Both the position numbers and the translations under genes were made by a program. DNA of 64,000 nt from Carcharhinus amblyrhynchos (taxonomy: Eukaryota). Location of the stretch: NCBI GenBank assembly GCA_965287045.1, contig OZ336894.1, positions 40,486,001-40,550,000 on the forward strand, given 5' to 3'. This document shows, piece after piece, positions 54,303 to 64,000 of this stretch. Position 1 is the first letter of the stretch, and every line of letters starts with the position of its first letter. The notes under the pieces were generated by a model. It did no database searches. It was not told where the DNA came from and saw nothing but the letters and a program-made list of their open reading frames with translations.

Positions 54303-54495
54303 AAGGGCACAAGCTGCTTTGGGAGATAACTTCCTGCCTGTAGACAGATCAGTTAGAAAGGAATTAATCAACCTGTTTTATAATAAGTGGAATTCCACAA
54401 AATCTGTTGTAAATTGTTTTGCCTGTTGATATGTTAAGCTGCATTGTTTTGACTTTTAAGCTAACTTTAATAAAGATATTATTTCCATAATACAA
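54303..54495 (+). other. Probable terminal (3' UTR) exon with polyA signal
   Basis: CTTTGTTTTTGTTTTCCAG acceptor; AATAAA at 54469-54474. Confidence 0.55.
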
Positions 54496-54981
54496 TTTTA
54501 GCATTTTCTGGCCCTTCCCAGGCGTCTGTTAGTGACAAACTAATTTCTACAACACCATATTGCAGGCCCATCAGCTCAGACTCTGTTTCATATTGATAGT
54601 CTGTCAAACAGAAGTTTCAAACTTTCTCAGGTCTGCTGCAGAGGGGAGGAAGTTGAGTATCAGGGTTTACCTTCACGTTACCATACACACTAAATGTCTC
54701 TAGTGAACAGGTAAGTGGCAGTGTTAAGAGAATGGAATAACAAGTAAAAGCAACTAACTTTTATTTCATTAGCATCCCATTCATCTGACCATACATTGCA
54801 GATGGTAATTGTAAATTAATCTTGTATTCAAGTACTGGGAATAATCCTTGCAGCGATTACAGATAATGGGGGAGGATTTTCTGGCTTTGCAGCAGGAGAC
54901 AGAGTGCGCCATTCACCATGGCAGGATCCTCTGGTCTCACCACTCTCACCAGCTAATGTCATTATACCATGGAAGGGCCAA

Positions 54982-55556
54982 AGATCATTGGGTAACAGCA
55001 ATCTAAAGACACTCAATGTGACTCTTAACACAAACAGTGCTGGACACCATGCATCCAATGCAAGGTCTTTAATTACTTGTCCACAAGAAGAATTCCCTCC
55101 ATCCGCGGGATTGACTGGAGCAGTTCTGAGGTTATAGAGGAACAGCTCAGCAGTTATAGTCAATTACAACAAATCAGGAACAAGAGATTTTTCATATCTT
55201 TCATTGACATGCATGTTTGCCAATTAAGTTCAGGCTTTTCATCCATTCTTATTCAATGAAAAATTGACTTCTGCTAATCCTTCATTTGCACAATATATCC
55301 CCATATCTTGCCTTTGGTATTTGTTATGGAAAAAATCTGGTCTTGCTCATCCTTTGGTGAAGGCTGAAAAAGGGAAATGTTATGGGTGCTTGTGAAGAAA
55401 TAGTGGAGACTGATTCCTTTTGAAGGTCAGTAAGCTGATAAACATTTTCTACTATTGTAGAGAGAAAACGTGAAATTTTTAATTTGAATACTTTAACTTC
55501 CGCACAATTTAACTTCCAAATTATGCAACTTCAATCTGAACATTTTAACTTCCACA
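54982..55556 (-). mobile_element. ERV 3' LTR (last few U5 bases missing)
   Basis: 54982-55333 aligns with 62363-62707 (~90% by eye); begins TG immediately after the PPT; ATTAAA on minus at 55068-55073. Confidence 0.85.
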
Positions 55557-55570
55557 CCTCCCTCCTTTTT
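55557..55570 (-). other. Polypurine tract
   Basis: AAAAAGGAGGGAGG between the env stop (55588) and the LTR TG. Confidence 0.85.
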
Positions 55571-55587
55571 GCCCTCTAAGGACAATC

Positions 55588-58028
55588 TTATGGATCCTCC
55601 ATGATTTCTACGTCTACACACATTAGTTTTCTAAATTCTTCCTCGGTCACTTCATAGATTGGGAGGACTGGAAGGAGATGGGGGCTGGGTTGTGGACAAA
55701 AGAATGATGGCAGCAGATAGAACAGATAACAGCAAGAGACAAGCTGAATAACCACGTACAAGACAATGAGCAAAGCAAGGCCTACAATAAGGTATTTGAG
55801 AAGGGCCTTAAAAAGGAAGTCCCCAAGCCACCCACCAAGGTTAGGGAGCCAGCCCCACCAGTCAAAGGGTTTGTCCTCAGCAACTGAGCACAAAAGACAC
55901 ACCTGCTCCTGAATGCTATATACATCTGTCTCGATCCTCAGTGTAAAAACAGCATGAATCATTGACTGTCGCTCGCACTTCCCCTACGCTGCTAGCAGGA
56001 GATTGAGGCCCATGCAGTTCTATATCACCACTTTACAAAAGGACTGAATCTCCAACTGCAGATTCTGGCATCCATGGTGCAATTTTCAATTATTTCCGTA
56101 GTAGCAGAAATATTAGTAATGAGATCTAAGAGGTATATAAGATAGAGTAAACTGTGGTAAGCTTTTTCCCAGATTGGAAACACACATTACGAGGGGCCAC
56201 AGGCTTAGGGTGAGGGGGACAAGGTATAATTCAGATGTTAGAGGGAGGTTTTTCACACAGAGGGTTGTGGGGGTATGGAGTGCTCTGCCAAGCAAGGTGG
56301 TGGAGGCAGCACACTGGAGTTGTTTGAGATACTTAGGCACATGAGCAGGATGGAGATGGAGGGATATAGGAGACTGTTTTAAATAAGGTTCAGAAGCCTT
56401 GGGACGTCCCTGGGAATCAACTGATTCCTGTGGACCTTCCAACATATTTTCTGGCTCACTTGTTTTACTTTTGAGCTTCTGGGGATTCCCTTGAATCCTT
56501 GCATAAGGATGTGCACATTATTGATGTTTTTCTCTTTTAATTCACAGGTGCTTCGGTCCGCCTTGTTGTCAACAAGGGGCATACACGCGATGGGTCATAC
56601 GAGGGCTGCTCTTGGATGTTTCGAGAGTAGCCTAGTGCTTCACGTCGTTAGTGTACGCTTAAACTGGACCAGATGCTGGGCAACACGACAGCTCAGTGAC
56701 TATCACTGTTTGCTGTGCAGACACATGGATTCGGGCCAGTGTCTGTGGGAGTTTGCACATTCTCCCCGTGCTTGCGTGGGTTTTCTCCAGGTGCTGCGGC
56801 TTCCTCCTACACCCCAAAGATGTGCTGTTAGGCTGATTGGTGTAACAAATTGTCCCTAAATTAGTCTCCCTTCAATCTGGTTTCCAATGTGGAATGGCAT
56901 AAGTATAGACAAGGATCATGGTTGGAGAGGGGACTTAGTGTTGAAATGGCAGTGCGGGCTTGTTAGGCCGAAGGGCCTGTTTCCCATGCTGTGTTGTTTT
57001 TTGTTCTTTTGATGTTTTGAATTCTGAGACTGGAGGGGGGGGGGAGGCGTCTACACAAACTGGTGGAAGCCAGTGTTACGGGTGACTAGCAGATTTGGAA
57101 CTGACCATTCCTGACGCTTCACAAAGCTTAGATGATTGTGAAGAGAGTGGATGAATAGGTGCTTGACCTCAAAGACCTCGGGGATCATGTGATCTACAGT
57201 ACAAATGCTGACCCAATCGATGGGAAGGGTCTTGTAGGCGCCATCTCCACAAAGCCAAAACAAGACATTGCGAACAAGGGTCAGTACCAGAATGTGGAGT
57301 TTTGGCAAAAGGTGAGCCAATACTGGATGTGGGGCGATTTCTCCTTGGCATACCAACAGTATGACAAGTCTGACTGAGAAGTAGAGCCCTTAGGGCTACT
57401 TGGTCTGCATACCTGGACCGATCCCCATGGTTACAAGCCCCGCTCCCTTAAGGTAGATGCCACCAGAAGGCCAGATGGTAACAAGACCATTGAGGGTGAG
57501 ATTGTGTGACCGCTGACAATCACACTCGCCCTTGATGCTGTGGAGTTCTGCCTTGGATGTGGGAGCCTGAGCGATGCGTAAAGAGTTGTTAGTTGTGCAA
57601 TCCCCTAAATGGGTGTCATGGGACTGAATAAATTGTGGAAGCGAAACTGGGCTTCCTGGTTGTCATAATCAGCATGGTAAGTACAGGAGCTCAAGGGAAG
57701 GTCACCCACCTGAATATCCCCACAGGTATAATTTCTCCTAACACAGTGATGTTGGTACCTCAGTGGCCACAGGGATAGGCTGTTGCTTCCAGGTAAGTGC
57801 CCACGGGATGAGGATCACTATGGCTTCCACAGACTACTCAAGGTTTGAAGGGAGAGCAAAAAAATACATTTCTGATGAGGCGGGGGAGGGGTGCGGGTGG
57901 CAGGGAATTGAGTGCAGATCTAACATCGAGTCTGGTTGCTCTGTGAAGTGACAGCCTGTATTCTTCGAATTGCGGAATTGCTAATCCAGGCCTCTGCAAA
58001 GGGTAATACAACCAAAAAAAATCCACAT
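55588..58028 (-). pseudogene. env: Gamma-type retroviral env, disrupted (SU ~57010-58028, TM 55588-56121)
   Basis: Signal-like MWIFF/LVVLPFAEA; NQTRC*IC (CWIC with TGG>TAG); FWLCGDGAYKTLPIDWVSIC; FVKR cleavage-like site; NISAT; ISD VI*NCMGLNLLLAA*G; C..VNDSCCFY (CX6CC); WWGWLP and hydrophobic anchor YLIVGLALLIVLYVVI. Confidence 0.9.
56122..57008 (+). mobile_element. CR1 3' end with ~630-nt 3' UTR containing a hairpin and captured V-SINE, inserted in env
   Basis: LFPRLETHITRGHRLRVRG..GRFFTQRVVGVWSALP, then unique UTR, hairpin 56579-56658, SINE-like 56678-57008; env resumes on both sides. Confidence 0.85.
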
Positions 58029-58029
58029 T

Positions 58030-59100
58030 TCAAACCAAGTCCTTGTTTAAATTTCTTCTTATGAGGGTGCCCGCTTGATGTGGGTTGCGTGTATTCACAA
58101 AGGATTTCCTTCCACCTTCACGGTTATGAGTTGACAGCAGGACACGGTGAGGTCCCTCCCACCAAGATTCCAGGCAATGCTTTCTTTGAAAGGTCTTAGT
58201 GAAGGCTAAGTCTCTTGGTGGGAATGGCAGCCTATGTGGTGACTTGCTTCTGAACTCCAACCTGGGAATACAAACCTTTGAGAGTTGGTTAGAGCTATGC
58301 AATAGTCCATGGACGAAGGAATGATGGAGTGGATATTCATTTGTTTAATAGGGGTGGGGAGATGGGTAAGTGCATGGGACATCCCATTACAATCTCGTAA
58401 TGTGTCGAAGCGGTGGTACGATTGGGATGGGAGCGCGTGACCATGAGGGCCGGGGTGGGGCTTCAGGACATTGTCACTAGATAGTGTCTCGGGAATCCCG
58501 AATTGAGGAACATATTCACATAACAGCAACTTAGCTACAGTAACTGTCATTCTTTCTAGTTTAGCATACTTCTACCCAGCGTGAAAATAAACATAAAATA
58601 ACATACATATCTATACCCCATTGGGCATTTGTATAAGGTCCACTTGTAGCTGCACAAAAGGGCCCCATGGTTGTCGGCCTGCTGCTGCAGCCACTGGTGG
58701 CATCTTTCCAGGGTTATTATAGCAGAGTAGGCATTGAGCAGCAACTTTTCCTGCCAAGGTGGAAAATCCTGGTGCAAATCATGACTGCTGCACTGTCCTG
58801 ATTGTCTTCTCTCTCTCTCTCTCTCTCTTTCCCCCCCCCCCCCCACCCCCACCTCGCATGGGTAAGCTCATAACATGCAGGGCAAGCTAAGGCAGGAGTG
58901 CAATAGTAGGATGCCACCCTTTGAGATTGGGTGGGTACAGCCTGGGAGAACCCATTTTACTCGTGCATATAAAAGGTTAAAGGGCTTATCATAGTTTAGT
59001 AGCACTAATACAGGTGCAGAGGATACAGTGGCCTCTGAATCAAGGAGGGATTGAACAAAGTGGGATTCTCTTATGATTTGCCCAGTTAAAAGGTTTAATT
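58030..59100 (-). pseudogene. pol: Partial retroviral pol (RT connection remnant and integrase)
   Basis: SSAPVLVLLNYDKPFNL; TVAKLLLCEYVPQFGIPETLSSDN; WWEGPHRVLLSTH (GPY/F-type module); no protease or YxDD seen. Confidence 0.85.
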
Positions 59101-59119
59101 TCAAGACATTTCAGCCTGA

Positions 59120-59661
59120 TGTAACTAATTGTGCTATGCTTTAAGCTAACTTGGCCGCCTCAGCCTGGAATTCTGGGTCCAGCCTAGGAATTTAGTTGTA
59201 TTCTTTGGAAGTACAGTGCAAGATAAACAAGCTTGCTCATGGCCACTGAAGTAAGTTGTGCTTGTGCATAAGTATTCAGTTACTGTAGACACAGATTGAT
59301 GTTTAGTTAGTTTGATCCAGACTGTGTTTTGAGTTGTTTTATCTAGTGCCAGCTCTTGGCTGCTCTCTCCCTCTCTTAAGTCATCCCCATTTCACTGGGA
59401 AAAGAGAGTCCCAGAGGACATTGTCAGGGGCCAAGGGGATTTCAGCATAGTTGGGAATCCATGCATATACCTATATCTGTGCTTGATAGAATCTTTGTAA
59501 CAGTTGCACTCTGAACTTTTGAGACAACCTAATAAGCATTGTGGCAACTGAGGTTGGTTCCAGTTAACACCATACAACTCTTGTAGTGGATCGTGGATGA
59601 TCTCAAGGTTGTCTAGTTGGGTTAAACCTTAATATGCTAATGGCAGTAGCTTATTTTAACA
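59120..59661. mobile_element. Possible unrelated solo LTR inside the ERV
   Basis: TGTAAC...TTAACA ends 542 bp apart, flanks CCTGA / CCTAG (imperfect TSD). Confidence 0.3.
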
Positions 59662-60575
59662 CCTAGCAAGTAGATTGAGCTATATCTTTTTATGTGGACA
59701 ATTTGGCAAAAACTATAATTTCAACAGCAACAAGATGGTGGCAAGTACCCAAATAAATCCCAAGATTCAATTAAATTAATTAATGGCAATGGTGTAAAAT
59801 TGGTGATCACAGTTCACCACAGAGTTACACCTCTCTCCCGACTTTCTGAAAGGAATGTAAAATGAGCAGCAAATCCAAAATCACTCATTTTAGGCAAGTG
59901 GCAAAAGTGAAATTGCTCCCATCTTTCCATGTTGAGCATCAAAAGGGGGGAAAAAGTGTCCAAAATACTTGTGCTGATCATGTTATCATATTTGGATGGA
60001 GTTCCTTATGTTATTTCACTAATGTACACCAGATATTTATTTCATGCAAAGCATTTTCTCAATTTTGGTGTCTTCCTTTGATATTATACTTCCAATCTAA
60101 TTATCCTGATAATTTGTTTTTGTATTTATGTTTGATGTTTAAGGTTAGGATACAGTCATCATTCCCATGGGGATCTAAATAGCCAATTTACTAAATAACC
60201 CCATCCTTCAAATGACTGAAAAGACCATACTTTAATGATTACAGTAACAGCAGTTATAAACATCTGTTCACACATGAAAAGAATTACATATGTCGAATGC
60301 AAGAATTAAAGTAATCTGCAAAGTAAATTGCCAGCTGTATTAAATTACAATTTTCATAAACTCTACAGTTACTGTTGCGAAAATAAAGATGGACTTTGCT
60401 GGCAGCTAGCAAATGGAAATTGCATTCCAAGACAATATTGGGTGCTGATAACGATACAGCAAAACTAAAGCTTCACAAAGCAAGCAAAAAAAAATGCTAT
60501 CACAAAAATAACATAGCAAATTATAGAGCAAATTCTACAATATTTTGAGCAGCAGTCACATATTGACATTTATGA

Positions 60576-61739
60576 CTAAATTAAATGCTGGTGCATGGTA
60601 TATGGAGTTGGTGAGGGGAGGCAGGGGTGGTATGGCTGAAGTCTCTGCCTACAGTCCCGGGACCAATGTCTCTGAGACCGCAGGTGAAACAGGCGCTTCT
60701 GTCGCTGCCAGCTGATTTGCTTTATCCCAGCCCATGTCTTTCACCTCTGCCCCAGTTGGCCGGCATACGTTATCTGTAACTTTACTTCTCGATTTTGGCT
60801 TTTGGTACTGGAGCTGGCGTTCAGTGCTGCACAGCTCTAACAAGCTTGGGTCGGTCCTGTCTTCCATCCCACCCAACACAAGTCATTGCAAACATAATTC
60901 TTCAGATCAGGATGCAACCCTGTACAAGAATATTTACAAGTGCTGACATTCCAGCGTTTTGAGATACACCCAAACAATTCATGAACACCGAGTGAAACTT
61001 TTCTATGTAACACATCCTTATCAGGTTCCTGTACTGTGCTGTCTATCTTATGCCAATGTACATTTAGAGTTCCAAGTATTACAATATGTCTAGAGAAAAA
61101 GACTAAAGGTGTTCCCCAGGTCCGGGAAAGGCACAGAGGGACAATTGCTGTACTGGTGCCTGGGATCTGGTTGGAAATGAGATGGAGGTTCTTGGGGATG
61201 CAGCTCTACAGATCCTGAGGGGCCTGCAGCTGCGGGGGTAGGGGGTGTCCCCGTTGAGAGTACTGTCAGGAACATCGCTGGGGTTGGGGGGAGGTTGTGT
61301 GGCTTCAGCTGGACTCAAAGGAGAATATGGGGGTGACCAATCTTCCTCCTCATCCTGTTTTTTTTTCTGTTTGTGAGGACTCTGCACAACCAAGATCTTG
61401 GCTTTAACAATTCCTTAGTTCCTCAGACCTGCTAGCATTCTCCAAACCCCTTTTCCTGGACTCACCGCTTCTACATCTCCATTCCTCACTGGAAATATGC
61501 AGGCCACCCTACATCCCTCTAACCTTTCCTTTACTCAACACACATCCCAAAGTCCCAATGTGGTCCCTACTGAAGGTACCATCAGGCGGAAAAAGCTTCT
61601 TACCCTGTGTCCACTTCACCCATTTTGGAACATGGTCCATGCTTTCTTGCCCATAGTGCGCACACGTTGTATGCACTAGGTGTTCCCTGGCTGGTGGGGG
61701 GAGGGGGGACTCATATGCCTTCCCTAATGAATTTCCCAT
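60576..61739 (-). pseudogene. gag: Retroviral gag, disrupted and internally deleted
   Basis: MGNSLGK myristoylation-type start; KWVKWT..FPPDGTF matrix motif; SPPY in a proline-rich segment; capsid-like VHWHKIDSTVQEPD..YIEKFHSVF..LVNILVQG; CFTCGLR/HWSRDC zinc knuckle at 60651-60691 (1-nt frameshift). Confidence 0.85.
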
Positions 61740-62108
61740 GATCAAAGAGGGGATCTGTTCTATCCTGCTCACCAGCATGAGCCACGGTTACACACAGGGG
61801 ACAGACAAAAACCAACACAAACAACATAGTCAAGACAAATGAAAAAGGCTAACAAAGGGTTAAAACACATGATTCTAGCAGAGCGAGAGCATCTACCTCA
61901 GAGTGTCATCATGTGACAGAAAAGGCTATGACAGCAAATAGATTTGAACCGGTTTGGAATTAAGTAATCGATCAAATCAGGTTTTCAGAGGACTCGAACC
62001 CTGGAAAAAAATGCCTATACAGGGGGTCCAACCTCCAAACCTTATGCTGTACCCTCAGGGGACTCAAACTCCTGTCAGACTATGCTTACCCTGGTAATGT
62101 CCACACAG

Positions 62109-62199
62109 AGTAAGAAGTCTCACAACACCAGGTTAAAGTCCAACAGGTTTATTTGGTACTAGCCACTAGCTTTTGGGGCTCTGCCCCTTCGTCAGGTGA
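62109..62199 (-). mobile_element. 91-bp Penelope-type mini-insertion with hammerhead core in the ERV leader
   Basis: CTGACGA-A-GGGGC-AGA-GCCCC-AAAA-GCTAGTGGCT; flanked by direct repeat GTCCACACAG (62099-62108, 62200-62209). Confidence 0.7.
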
Positions 62200-62333
62200 G
62201 TCCACACAGGACAGCACATGCATTCCCCTGGTCAAGTTGGCTCAATGCCCGAAACCAGGCAGCTGTGGTCTCTGAGTGCTTGGTCAGCGTGGCACCACGC
62301 TTCCTTCATGTGTACACGCTCCAGGGTTTTGCA

Positions 62334-62351
62334 ATCTGGGTGGAACCTCCA
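62334..62351 (-). other. Primer binding site, tRNA-Gln
   Basis: TGGAGGTTCCACCCAGAT, 17/18 match to the Gln PBS TGGAGGTTCCACCGAGAT known from endogenous murine gammaretroviruses, 5 nt from the LTR CA end. Confidence 0.85.
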
Positions 62352-62356
62352 AAAAC

Positions 62357-62851
62357 TGTTAGAGATCATTGGGTAACAGCAATCTAAAGACACTCAGTCA
62401 ACTCTTAAACAGTGCTGGACACCATGCATCCAATGCAAGGTCTTCAATTACATGTGCACAAGGAGAATTCCCTTCATCCATGGATTGACTGGAGCGGTTC
62501 TGAGGTTCCAGAGAAACAGCTCAGCATTTATAGTCAATTACAGCAAATCAGGAACAAGAGATTTTTCACATCTTTCATTGACATACATATTTGCCAAATA
62601 AATCCAGGCTTTTCACCCTTTCTCACTTGATGAAAAATTGACTTCTGCTAATCCTTCATTTGCATAGCATATCCTCATATCTTGCCTTTGGTATTTGTTA
62701 TGGAAAACAGCTTAGATTTTTATTACAATCTTTCATGTTCTCCCTGTTGTCTCCGCTTCAAGGTCAAATAAGGTTTAAGAACCTTGCCTTGTCTACTTAT
62801 GAAACCCATGCGAGCTGTAAAAGTCTTTATGCTTCCCATTGAAATTTAACA
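62357..62851 (-). mobile_element. ERV 5' LTR (distal end inferred)
   Basis: TGTTA...TAACA inverted ends; TATAAA on minus at 62527-62532; octamer ATTTGCAT 62658-62665; homology to the left LTR only over 62363-62707. Confidence 0.8.
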
Positions 62852-63919
62852 ATTGGATTACTTATCTACTAATGCAAATTTCTACCCACTGCTGCCTTAT
62901 AGAAAATTCACTTGTCATACCTATCTTAATGCATACCTTTCACACCTAGACTCCTTTCAAGTTTCCAAGCTTACCAATCAGTTCCCAGTCTAATGAAATT
63001 ATGTTCACACAGAGTCACCTGCCTGCTCCATGGAATAACTCAGTAGACCCCAAAAATATTGAATATAGTACCACCTCTCATCCCCAGCAGAGTGAGCTAG
63101 TAGAGTTACCCCACAAATACTGAACAGACAGACCCTACAGACAGGTGGAATTTTGACAGTAGTGCCCAAGGCAGCAGTACCAAGCAACTGTTAGACTGTT
63201 CACAAATTCAGATAAGGGGCCTAACAGCTGCTTCTGACATGAATGAAAGGGGCCTCTTGTTTAACTTTTACCAAATAACTTGCACCAGAATTGTATGTGT
63301 CACAATCACCATTTTGAACAAAGAAGATAGTACCCAAAAGCCTGGGTACTACAGAGCTGAACTTTTAGATTATCCTTTCTCAACACAAGAGCCGTCATAC
63401 GATAGTTGCTGCATCTGCAATTTAGTCCTTTCCTTTGTGCTGCTTTTGAAAAAGAACTTTGTATCCAATGGAAAATAGTGTCAGTCAACTTTCCATTCTA
63501 CTGCACCTGAAGTTTACAACCCTTTTATTGTTAACGTGTTCACTTGTGTGTGGGCTGTTAATACTTGGAATGAGGAACATATTTCCAAGTGTGAGAGGTT
63601 AAGGTGAGTAAAAATCATTGTTCCTAGTTCAATAAAATTAAATCCTAAGATTCAGATATTGCTTACACAAAAGGCTTCAGAAGGCTACGGTCCCAGAGTG
63701 TTTTTCTTCATAGTTTGATTTTAGTATTGTTTTAAAACTGACAGAAAATGGCCAGGCAGGAGATTTTGGAGGCAGCAAAGGGCAGTTCAGCATTTTCCAA
63801 ATCACTTCCATCAGCTGCAGAGAGGGTGGAGTCTATCCAACTGAAGATGAAGAGGCAGAAAATGAAATTACGATCCACACATTGATGTTAACATCAAATT
63901 GCATCAGTCTGACTTTGCT

Positions 63920-64000
63920 CAGAATCCTACAGTGCAGAAGGAGGCCATTTGGCCCATCGAGCCTGCACCCACAACAATCTCACCCAGGCCCTATCCCTGT
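63920..64000 (-). mobile_element. HE1-type SINE tail
   Basis: AGAATCCTACAGTGCAGAAGGAGGCCATT, inverse of the tail at 1-87. Confidence 0.7.

Noticed and set aside
56590-56645. 5S rRNA-like words (GGTCATAC, CTTGGATG, TAGTACTT)
   Set aside because: Order and spacing do not fit 5S rRNA
56660-56700. CTGGGCAACA resembles part of the HDV ribozyme
   Set aside because: No P3/L3 (CCUCC-like) or P1/P2 pseudoknot; the motif is explained by the SINE head start
1-64000. Most short ORFs in the supplied track; CRISPR arrays, operons, intact tRNA/rRNA genes
   Set aside because: Eukaryotic repeat-rich DNA: the ORFs are TE fragments or chance, no regularly spaced repeat array is present, and tRNA-like boxes belong to SINE heads

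Overview
Vertebrate genomic DNA, very probably a shark (inferred from HE1-type V-SINEs, dense CR1 LINEs and Penelope and Harbinger relics). A CpG-island promoter (~5.9-6.7 kb; tandem CRE sites, E-box, YY1 motif) appears bidirectional. It drives a probable minus-strand first exon (MAATGGS...) and a + strand gene that I could trace through about 13 GT-AG exons (6.3-54.5 kb). That gene encodes an unrecognised charged protein built mostly from 48-57 nt phase-0 exons, with a reading-frame conflict at the end of its first coding exon. Directly downstream lies a degraded minus-strand endogenous retrovirus (~55.0-62.85 kb): two LTRs with discordant U3 ends, a tRNA-Gln PBS, a PPT, myristoylated gag with a CCHC knuckle, partial pol lacking PR/RT core, and a gamma-type env. 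Its env is interrupted by a CR1 whose long 3' UTR holds an extended hairpin and a captured, promoter-decayed V-SINE; a second copy of this unit is at 34.4 kb. Its leader carries a 91-bp hammerhead-type mini-element. Two local templated duplications occur in the gene's introns, one copying a splice acceptor. All calls were made by eye without database searches; repeat boundaries are approximate.
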